Positions 25,677-32,000 of a stretch of DNA of 32,000 nucleotides are shown one piece after another (position 1 is the first letter of the stretch; each line of letters begins with the position of its first letter). Location of the stretch: positions 1,632,971-1,664,970 of the forward strand of contig NC_000909.1 in assembly GCF_000091665.1 (NCBI RefSeq). Direction: 5' to 3'. The position numbers and the translations under genes are program-made. The notes beneath the pieces were generated by a model. It saw nothing but the letters and a program-made list of their open reading frames with translations, ran no database searches and was not told the DNA's origin. This DNA comes from Methanocaldococcus jannaschii DSM 2661. GTDB taxonomy: Archaea > AGJL01 > Methanococci > Methanococcales > Methanocaldococcaceae.

Positions 25677-26456
25677 ATGTATATTCTAAAAATCGCCTAC
25701 GATGGAAGATACAGCTTTCAACAACAGCCACATAAACAAACAGTTTGTGATATTTTGTTAGATGCCTTAGAAGAAACTGGATTTTTAGCTAAAAAGAAGG
25801 TTATATACAGCGGAGGAAGGACAGATAAAGGCGTCTCTGCCTTAGGCAACTTTGTAGTTGTAGAGCTGAAAAAAGAGCCAATCCTCTCATACATAAATGC
25901 AAAGCTAAAGGATAAAGGCATCTGGGTTTTAGGATATAGAGAGATTGATGAAATTCCTAAGGTGAAGTATAGACATTACAGATATATTCTCCCAAACATT
26001 GGTTATGATGTAGATGCAATAAAAGAAGGAGCTAAGAAGATGATTGGCACTCATTCCTTCCACAATCTATCAAAGAGAGATAGAACAAAAGAAAAAAGTC
26101 CAATAAGAACAATCTATGATATAAAAATCTCTGAAAATGAGTTCTATTTAACAGTAGATATCATTGGAGAGAGCTTTTTATGGAACATGGTCAGAAAGAT
26201 AGTTGGAGCTTTAGATTTAGTTGGAAGAGGAAAAAAGCCAGTTGAATGGATTGATAAGCTTTTAGATGAAAACCATAGAGAAGGAGTCCCTACATTTCCA
26301 CCAGAAGGGTTGATATTGGTTGAGGCAAAAGTAGATATCGAATATATATACGATAATTACTCAATAAGAAAATTTAAAGAGTATTGGGGGGAGTTCTTTA
26401 AATTGCAAGTTATGAAAATAGGAATCGCTAAAACAGTTTTAGAATTTACAAAATAG
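25677..26456 (+). CDS. truA: tRNA pseudouridine synthase A
   Basis: 259-codon ORF. The catalytic-Asp motif is 'SGGRTDKGVSALGN'. 'HSFHNLSK' and 'GESFLWNMVRKIVG' are also present. Confidence 0.9.
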   Translation: MYILKIAYDGRYSFQQQPHKQTVCDILLDALEETGFLAKKKVIYSGGRTDKGVSALGNFVVVELKKEPILSYINAKLKDKGIWVLGYREIDEIPKVKYRHYRYILPNIGYDVDAIKEGAKKMIGTHSFHNLSKRDRTKEKSPIRTIYDIKISENEFYLTVDIIGESFLWNMVRKIVGALDLVGRGKKPVEWIDKLLDENHREGVPTFPPEGLILVEAKVDIEYIYDNYSIRKFKEYWGEFFKLQVMKIGIAKTVLEFTK

Positions 26457-26479
26457 ATAATTTTATTGTTTAGTTTAAA

Positions 26480-26552
26480 TGTGCCCCGGGGGAGCAAAGG
26501 GGACTCACAGCTTGCCGGGCTGTCGCTCATCCCCCGCGGTTTCCCGGGGCAT
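26480..26552 (-). ncRNA. G+C-rich structured small RNA. It is a candidate archaeal H/ACA-box guide sRNA; the strand assignment is tentative.
   Basis: By my count 51 of 72 nt are G+C, in a ~30% G+C genome. The basal stem pairs 26481-26490 with 26543-26552 (10 bp including one G-U). The minus-strand reading is AUGCCCCGGG-AAACCGCG-GGGGAU-GA-GCG...UGU-GA-GUCCCC-UUUGCUCC-CCCGGGGC-ACA. That gives an 8-bp lower stem, an 8+8 nt internal loop and a 6-bp upper stem. Tandem G.A/A.G candidates follow, and an ACA triplet comes immediately 3' of the lower stem (26480-26482). Confidence 0.5.
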
Positions 26553-26644
26553 TTTTATATTTATTATATTTATGTAGTTAATATTAATATTTACCCTACA
26601 AAAATTTAAACCTTTTGCAACAACCATTTTTATAGGATGATAGA

Positions 26645-27361
26645 ATGAAAAAATACATTGTAAGTATTGGAGTTGATATATCAGACAATGATGTAAAAAC
26701 AAATCCTAAAGTTAATGAATTAGTTAATAAGGAAATTAAAAAAAGATTATCTAAATTAGGTATAAAAGCAACTATCTCAAATATAACTGGTGATGATATA
26801 GTTATAACATCCTTTGTCCCAGAAAATTTGATTGAAAAAAATAATAAAATAATTTTCGAAGTTTTAAATAAATATGCTGAGGGCTTTGATGATTTAAGAG
26901 GCATTTCTGAAGATAAAGATAAAGCTGGAGAGGGCTTATCCTATGCCATAGCTGAATCAATATCTGAATATGGAGACGCTATAATAATAGCTTTTGACAC
27001 TTATGGTGGAGAGAGCTTTGTGGATGAAATGGCTTTGTTTGTTAAGGAAATAGGGGAAAAGTTTGGCTATGATGTTGGCTGCTCTGTCTCTAACGAACCA
27101 ATAGAAATCCCAGGAATTGGATATACAGGAGCTGAGAGTGACGACCCTGTAGTGGTTATAACTGTTGAGGAGCTTGATGACATACCAAAATTAGCTGGAC
27201 TTATTTATGGAGGATTACTGAGCTTTGATAAATTGTATTTTGTTAAAAATGGAGATGAAGTTAATATCCTTCCTCCCGGAGTCATATACACCATGACTGC
27301 ATTTTTAAATGGGAATGTAATTGATTTATATGGGGGAATTAGAAGAAAAATAAAATTTTAA
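26645..27361 (+). CDS. Conserved hypothetical protein
   Basis: 238-codon ORF with codon usage like its neighbours. I recognise no motif (MKKYIVSIGVDISDNDV...GDAIIIAFDTYGGESF...). Confidence 0.6.
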   Translation: MKKYIVSIGVDISDNDVKTNPKVNELVNKEIKKRLSKLGIKATISNITGDDIVITSFVPENLIEKNNKIIFEVLNKYAEGFDDLRGISEDKDKAGEGLSYAIAESISEYGDAIIIAFDTYGGESFVDEMALFVKEIGEKFGYDVGCSVSNEPIEIPGIGYTGAESDDPVVVITVEELDDIPKLAGLIYGGLLSFDKLYFVKNGDEVNILPPGVIYTMTAFLNGNVIDLYGGIRRKIKF

Positions 27362-27370
27362 TGTGAGACT

Positions 27371-27988
27371 ATGGATTTGCAATATTTTATATTGGCATTT
27401 TCATCTATATTCTCAATTTTAAACCCATTTGGTGCTGTTCCTGTATTTATAACATTAACTGAGTCATATCCAAAAAAGGAAAGGGATTTAGTAGCTAAGA
27501 AAACAGTTATTTATGCACTTGCTATATTATTGGCTTTTGCACTTTTTGGAGAGTGGATATTAAAATTTTTTGGTATATCATTAGATGCATTTAAGATTGC
27601 TGGAGGAATTCTACTGCTCTTAATATCATTAGACATGGTTAGGGGTCAGCAGGAGGCTAAAATTCATAGAAAGGAAATTGAAGCAGCTTATGAGATTGAT
27701 GAAATTGCTCTAATGCCTTTAGCAACTCCATTATTAGCTGGGCCTGGTTCAATAACTGCCTGTATGGTTGCAATGGCTGAGGCATCAGACATTGGAGATA
27801 AGTTTTTGGTAATATTGGCTATACTACTATCTCTTGGAATAACCTACCTAACCCTATTATCAGCTGAGAGTGTTTTAGATAGGATTGGAAGATTGGGGAT
27901 TAGGATATTAACAAGAATGATGGGTTTGATATTAACAGCAATAGCAGTTCAGATGATAGTTAATGGAATTAGAGGGGCCTTACTCTAA
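27371..27988 (+). CDS. MarC-family (UPF0056) integral membrane protein
   Basis: 205-codon ORF with about six hydrophobic segments. The 'SILNPFGAVPVFITLT' motif is typical of the MarC family. Confidence 0.85.
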   Translation: MDLQYFILAFSSIFSILNPFGAVPVFITLTESYPKKERDLVAKKTVIYALAILLAFALFGEWILKFFGISLDAFKIAGGILLLLISLDMVRGQQEAKIHRKEIEAAYEIDEIALMPLATPLLAGPGSITACMVAMAEASDIGDKFLVILAILLSLGITYLTLLSAESVLDRIGRLGIRILTRMMGLILTAIAVQMIVNGIRGALL

Positions 27989-29153
27989 AAAATTTGAGGT
28001 GATTACTTTGGATATAAACTTGGATAAATACAAAAACTTAACAAGAAGCTTGACAAGGGAATTTATTAACTTAAATCCAATACAGAGAGGAGGCATTTTA
28101 CCAAAAGAGGCTAAGAAGGCAGTTTATGAATATTGGGACGGTTATAGCGTTTGCGATTACTGCCATGGAAGATTGGATGAGGTTACATGCCCACCAATAA
28201 AGGACTTTTTGGAAGATATTGCCAAGTTTTTAAATATGGACTGTGCAAGACCTACACACGGGGCAAGGGAAGGAAAATTTATTGTTATGCACGCCATATG
28301 TAAAGAAGGAGATTATGTAGTTTTAGATAAAAATGCTCACTACACAAGTTATGTTGCCGCTGAAAGAGCTAAGCTAAACGTTGCAGAGGTTGGCTATGAA
28401 GAGGAGTATCCAACATATAAGATAAACTTAGAGGGTTATAAGGAGGTTATAGATAATTTAGAGGACAAGGGAAAAAATGTCGGATTGATATTATTAACTC
28501 ATGTAGATGGAGAGTATGGGAACCTAAACGATGCAAAAAAAGTTGGTAAAATAGCTAAAGAAAAAGGCATCCCATTCCTACTAAATTGTGCATATACAGT
28601 TGGAAGAATGCCAGTCAATGGAAAGGAAGTTAAGGCTGATTTTATTGTTGCATCAGGGCATAAGAGTATGGCAGCATCAGCTCCATGTGGTATTTTGGCA
28701 TTTAGTGAGGAATTTTCCGATAAAATAACAAAAACATCAGAGAAATTCCCAGTTAAAGAAATTGAGATGCTTGGATGCACAAGTAGAGGACTGCCAATAG
28801 TTACTTTAATGGCAAGCTTTCCTCATGTTGTTGAAAGGGTTAAAAAATGGGATGAAGAGCTTAAAAAAACAAGATATGTTGTTGATGAACTTGAAAAGAT
28901 TGGATTTAAGCAGTTAGGAATTAAACCAAAAGAACACGATTTAATTAAATTTGAAACACCAGTATTGGATGAGATAGCTAAAAAGGATAAGAGGAGAGGG
29001 TTTTTCTTCTATGATGAGTTGAAGAAGAGGGGAATTGGAGGGATTAGAGCAGGAGTTACTAAGGAGATTAAGATGAGTGTCTATGGATTAGAATGGGAAC
29101 AGGTTGAGTATGTTGTTAATGCAATAAAGGAGATTGTTGAGAGTTGTAAATAA
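27963..29153 (+). CDS. pscS: O-phospho-L-seryl-tRNA(Cys):cysteinyl-tRNA synthase (SepCysS), PLP-dependent
   Basis: 'REFINLNPIQRGGILP...YWDGYSVCDYCHGRLDE' and 'ASGHKSMAASAPCG' (PLP-Lys context) are as I remember for SepCysS. ATG 27963 overlaps the MarC gene by 26 nt. An in-frame TTG at 28008, preceded by 'gaggtgat' (27996-28003), is an equally good or better start. Confidence 0.88.
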   Translation: MELEGPYSKKFEVITLDINLDKYKNLTRSLTREFINLNPIQRGGILPKEAKKAVYEYWDGYSVCDYCHGRLDEVTCPPIKDFLEDIAKFLNMDCARPTHGAREGKFIVMHAICKEGDYVVLDKNAHYTSYVAAERAKLNVAEVGYEEEYPTYKINLEGYKEVIDNLEDKGKNVGLILLTHVDGEYGNLNDAKKVGKIAKEKGIPFLLNCAYTVGRMPVNGKEVKADFIVASGHKSMAASAPCGILAFSEEFSDKITKTSEKFPVKEIEMLGCTSRGLPIVTLMASFPHVVERVKKWDEELKKTRYVVDELEKIGFKQLGIKPKEHDLIKFETPVLDEIAKKDKRRGFFFYDELKKRGIGGIRAGVTKEIKMSVYGLEWEQVEYVVNAIKEIVESCK

Positions 29154-29165
29154 TTTGGTGATGCT

Positions 29166-29459
29166 ATGATTGAAGAAGAAATAACTCTTAAGATTCCAAA
29201 AAGTATCGTTAATCAAATAGATGAGCTTATTAAAGAAGGGTATTTTAGCAGTAGAGATGAGTTTGTAAGATATGCTGTTAGAGAATCACTAACTGAAATA
29301 GCCATAAGTAAAAAAATGAGTAGAGAAGAATGCAAAAAAATATGGGAGGAGTATAAAATAAGAAAAAAGGACATAAAAATTGATGAAAAAGAAATTGAAG
29401 AGTTGTTGGATGAGGTAGATAAAGAATGGAAAAAATGGAAAAAATTAAAATTAAAGTAG
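29166..29459 (+). CDS. Ribbon-helix-helix (CopG/Arc-like) antitoxin candidate
   Basis: 97-codon ORF. 'ITLKIPKSIVNQIDELIKEGYFSSRDEFVRYAVRESL' is a beta-strand plus two helices, the RHH pattern. The tail is Lys/Glu-rich. The ORF overlaps the downstream PIN gene. Confidence 0.7.
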   Translation: MIEEEITLKIPKSIVNQIDELIKEGYFSSRDEFVRYAVRESLTEIAISKKMSREECKKIWEEYKIRKKDIKIDEKEIEELLDEVDKEWKKWKKLKLK

Positions 29460-29893
29460 TTATTGATACAAATGTATTTATTTCTGCTTTAATAAACCCT
29501 AATGGCATTCCTGGGAAAATCTTAGATTTAATTTTTGAGGAAAAGATTGTTAATTATACATCTCCTTCAATTTTAAAAGAAATTGGGTTCAAATGTTTAT
29601 CCCCAAAATTAAGAAAATATTTAGGGAATGAAAATAGAATTTTAAAAATACTCACCGCTTTTTCTTCTGTTTCGGTTATTATAAATCCAAATACTAATTT
29701 TAATGTTTGTAGAGATGAAGATGACAATAAATTTATAAATGTTGCTTATGAATCGAAAGCCATCATTATTACTGGAGATAAGGACTTAATATCATTAAGA
29801 GACGAAAATAAATATCTAAAAATCAATAACATACATTTAAAAGTCCCAACTCCAAAAGAATTTATTGAAGAATTTGAAAAATTTATATCTTAA
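29426..29893 (+). CDS. PIN-domain ribonuclease toxin candidate
   Basis: 155-codon ORF. 'KVVIDTNVFISALINPNG' (first acidic residue), 'DEDDNKFINVA' and 'IIITGDKDLISL' form a PIN acidic triad/quartet pattern. The start is ATG 29426 or 29435, both inside the antitoxin gene. Confidence 0.75.
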   Translation: MEKMEKIKIKVVIDTNVFISALINPNGIPGKILDLIFEEKIVNYTSPSILKEIGFKCLSPKLRKYLGNENRILKILTAFSSVSVIINPNTNFNVCRDEDDNKFINVAYESKAIIITGDKDLISLRDENKYLKINNIHLKVPTPKEFIEEFEKFIS

Positions 29894-31025
29894 ACTCTCC
29901 CCTCTCTATCTTCTTCTTTAACTCTTTAGCTAATTTTAAAGCTCTCTTTCTATCTGACTGCCTACATGTTATTGGAATTCCACATACAGAGCCAAGCTTT
30001 GTTTTAAATACTCCATAAGGGCAAATATTGCAAACTCCACAACCAAAACAATCTTCAGTTATCTTTATTTTTCCATTCTCTCTTTTTATGGCAAAAGTTG
30101 GGCAGTATTTTTCAACTAAGCACTCTCTGCAGTTTTTACATTTATCTTGATAGATTTTTGGTCTTAAATCTACGTTTTCCCAGACCTCTGCATAACTTCC
30201 AATGTCTATAATCTCTCTACCAAATATATTAACTAAAGGTAGGGTAATATCCTTATCAAGCTTTTTTAAAGCTTCTTTATGCTCATCAACTTTAATTGGG
30301 ACAGCTATTGTATTATAAATCTCTATTCCGTTTGATGTTACAAATCCTCCCAAGTAATAGGCATCCATATCTTTCATATCTGCGGACATCATTAGATTTG
30401 GCTTCTCTATCGATGCCCTTGTTCCAAAGCCTAAGATAATAGCTTCAGCACCATTTAATAGAGCTTTTTTTCCAACAACATCTTTTTCATCTTTAATAAC
30501 CATATTCTCTAATGGATTAAGCATTCCACAGCCAGAGAATGATGCCTCTCCTTTTTTTAGAGGCAATCTGTGAAATATTGTATTAACTTCCTCATCAGAT
30601 AGATTAGTTATTGCAGTATAGTTTTTAAATGCCATTCTTGTTCCTATCATCTTTGCAGTTGGTAAATCATCTATAGTTATCTCATTTTTGTAAATTTTGC
30701 CTTCACTTATGGCTTTAGCTTCTACAACTTTGCCCTTAACTAAATCTTTAAATAAAAATCCTACTTCTCCGTAAAATATTGCATCAACCTTTCCTAAAAA
30801 TTCATTTGGGCAGATGCCAACAACCCCTTTAATGTCATTTAAATATATTTCCTCCGCCCTCTTAAAAACTTCATTAAAAGGAATATGAAAGATTCCAGCA
30901 GTTCCAGACATTATTCCGCAAGTTGCTGATGTAACTACATCAACCTCCTCTATCTTGTCCTCTTCATTATTTCTAATGTATTTTTTTAGTTCATCTATTG
31001 TTATTACTTTTAATTCCTTTTCCAC
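29883..31025 (-). CDS. COG1900/DUF39 (homocysteine-biosynthesis-type) domain protein fused to a 2x[4Fe-4S] ferredoxin domain ('methanogenesis marker 16'-like)
   Basis: 380-codon ORF. 'DVVTSATCGIMSGTAGIF' is the DUF39 N-terminal motif. The C-terminus has 'CKNCRECLVEKYCP' and 'CFGCGVCNICP' Cys clusters. Confidence 0.7.
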   Translation of the reverse strand: MEKELKVITIDELKKYIRNNEEDKIEEVDVVTSATCGIMSGTAGIFHIPFNEVFKRAEEIYLNDIKGVVGICPNEFLGKVDAIFYGEVGFLFKDLVKGKVVEAKAISEGKIYKNEITIDDLPTAKMIGTRMAFKNYTAITNLSDEEVNTIFHRLPLKKGEASFSGCGMLNPLENMVIKDEKDVVGKKALLNGAEAIILGFGTRASIEKPNLMMSADMKDMDAYYLGGFVTSNGIEIYNTIAVPIKVDEHKEALKKLDKDITLPLVNIFGREIIDIGSYAEVWENVDLRPKIYQDKCKNCRECLVEKYCPTFAIKRENGKIKITEDCFGCGVCNICPYGVFKTKLGSVCGIPITCRQSDRKRALKLAKELKKKIERGEFKI

Positions 31026-31037
31026 AATGCCACCTTT

Positions 31038-31892
31038 TTATTTTCCAATTCTTTTGCACATCTCTAACAGTCTTTCAATTCTCTCTTCAGTTGGAGGGTG
31101 TGTTGAGAAAAGTTTGGCAATAAAATCTTTTCTAAATGGGTTTATTATAAACATGTGAGCTGTTGCTGGATTTCCTCTCTCCAATGGGTATAACTCTACC
31201 CCTCTTTCTAACTTAGCTAACGCATTAGCCAGCCACAATGGATGTGTTAGCTTAGCTCCCTCTTCATCTGCGTAAAACTCTCTCTGTCTTGAAATTGCAA
31301 ACTGTATTATTGTAGCAGCAATTGGAGCTAATATTAATAACAAAATCGTTCCAATTAACTCTAATGGATTACTCTCCTCCTCTTCAGAAACAAAGAAAAT
31401 TCCTCCCCAGTATAGCATCCACTCTGCAATCATTACTATAGCTCCAGCTAAAGTGGCTACTATAGTGCTTATTAAGATGTCTCTATGTTTTATGTGAGAT
31501 ATTTCATGTCCAATGACTCCTTCTAATTCTTCTGGGGATAGTAATTTTAATATTCCTTCGGTTACAGCCACTACGGCATTTTCTGGATTTCTACCCGTAG
31601 CAAACGCATTTGGTGTTTCAGTTGGAACTATAGCAACTTTTGGTTTTGGTAGTCCAGCTTTTCTTGCAACTCTTTCGACCATTTGATGTAACCAAGGCAT
31701 CTCATGCTCTTCTAAAATCCTTGCGTTGTAACTCATTAATACAAGTTTATCACTCATATAATATGCAATAACATTTGGAATTAAAGCTAAGATTATGGCT
31801 ATCAATGGATGTATATGCAACATCATACAAATTGCATAAATTAACCCTACAAGTAAAGCCATTAATAAATAGGTCTTTATTTGATTTATCAT
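31038..31892 (-). CDS. htpX: Membrane zinc metalloprotease HtpX (M48 family)
   Basis: 284-codon ORF. It has the '[11 protein letters not shown]' HExxH motif, a downstream '[10 protein letters not shown]' Glu ligand, four hydrophobic segments and a C-terminal '[10 protein letters not shown]'. Confidence 0.92.
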   Translation of the reverse strand: MINQIKTYLLMALLVGLIYAICMMLHIHPLIAIILALIPNVIAYYMSDKLVLMSYNARILEEHEMPWLHQMVERVARKAGLPKPKVAIVPTETPNAFATGRNPENAVVAVTEGILKLLSPEELEGVIGHEISHIKHRDILISTIVATLAGAIVMIAEWMLYWGGIFFVSEEEESNPLELIGTILLLILAPIAATIIQFAISRQREFYADEEGAKLTHPLWLANALAKLERGVELYPLERGNPATAHMFIINPFRKDFIAKLFSTHPPTEERIERLLEMCKRIGK

Positions 31893-32000
31893 AATCCATC
31901 ACACTCATTTAAAACTTTGTTTAAAAATATTGTAAATACAAAATGCTTAAATAATTTACGTTGCTAATTTTATTATCCGTAGGGCATTAATAATTAGAGC

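Noticed and set aside
26481-26552. Plus-strand reading of the G+C-rich element as a tRNA. It has a 7-bp acceptor-like stem at 1-7/66-72 and a 5-bp stem plus 7-nt loop UUGCCGG at exactly positions 27-43, i.e. a GCC 'anticodon'. It is 72 nt long.
   Set aside because: There is no D-arm pairing (10-13 versus 22-25 fails). There is no T-arm (49-53 versus 61-65 does not pair, and no GTTCRANNC-like loop). U8, G18-G19 and the other invariant positions are also absent. The tRNA-like spacing is probably coincidental, and the minus-strand H/ACA-like fold explains more of the sequence.
26505-26904. Minus-strand ORFs 26505-26702 (65 aa) and 26596-26904 (102 aa)
   Set aside because: The first reads through the G+C-rich RNA element and the AT-rich promoter spacer. 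The second is antisense to the 238-aa gene. Neither has coding-like composition.
1-32000. Search for a CRISPR repeat-spacer array, cas6 or cas1/cas2 to go with the Csm operon
   Set aside because: Reading all intergenic spacers and unassigned stretches, I found no 24-40 bp repeat recurring at ~60-75 bp periodicity. I also found no ORF with Cas6, Cas1 or Cas2 motifs. Absence within this window says nothing about the rest of the genome.

Overview
AT-rich, tightly packed archaeal chromosome. By eye G+C is about 30% and no rRNA or canonical tRNA genes are present. The proteins are those of a hyperthermophilic methanogen. From memory (not checked) they match the Methanocaldococcus jannaschii region around MJ1651-MJ1682: SepRS, SepCysS and the 'MJ1666-family' Cas protein are all here. 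I support about 33 protein genes.

Housekeeping genes:
- topA, an RlmI-like methyltransferase, hpt, an FAH-family enzyme, pdxT, mobA, truA, htpX and a MarC-family membrane protein.
- An MCR-A2-like double ABC ATPase and a COG1900+ferredoxin 'methanogen marker' protein.
- Both enzymes of tRNA-dependent cysteine synthesis (SepRS and SepCysS).

The accessory core is a co-directional minus-strand operon of about 9.9 kb (15707-25563) encoding a type III-A (Csm) CRISPR effector, cas10-csm2-csm3-csm4-csm5.
- It is bracketed by two different CARF/HEPN (DxTHG-type) proteins and contains a 129-aa unknown.
- No CRISPR array, cas6 or cas1/cas2 lies anywhere in the window.

Observations most worth a second look:
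1. The cas10 reading frame breaks about 20 codons before a 105-codon C-terminal continuation in the -1 frame. That continuation ends in a TAATG junction with csm2.
2. A 72-nt, 71% G+C structured element sits just downstream of truA. On the minus strand it has the layout of an archaeal H/ACA guide sRNA.
3. A second G+C island is flanked by 28-bp direct repeats that duplicate the RBS and start codon of the next gene, creating an overlapping uORF.
4. An apparently frameshift-decayed ORF runs into the FAH gene.
5. The unknown 129-aa protein and the oversized CARF/HEPN protein at the head of the csm operon.

All calls come from reading the sequence and from remembered family motifs. No database search was run.
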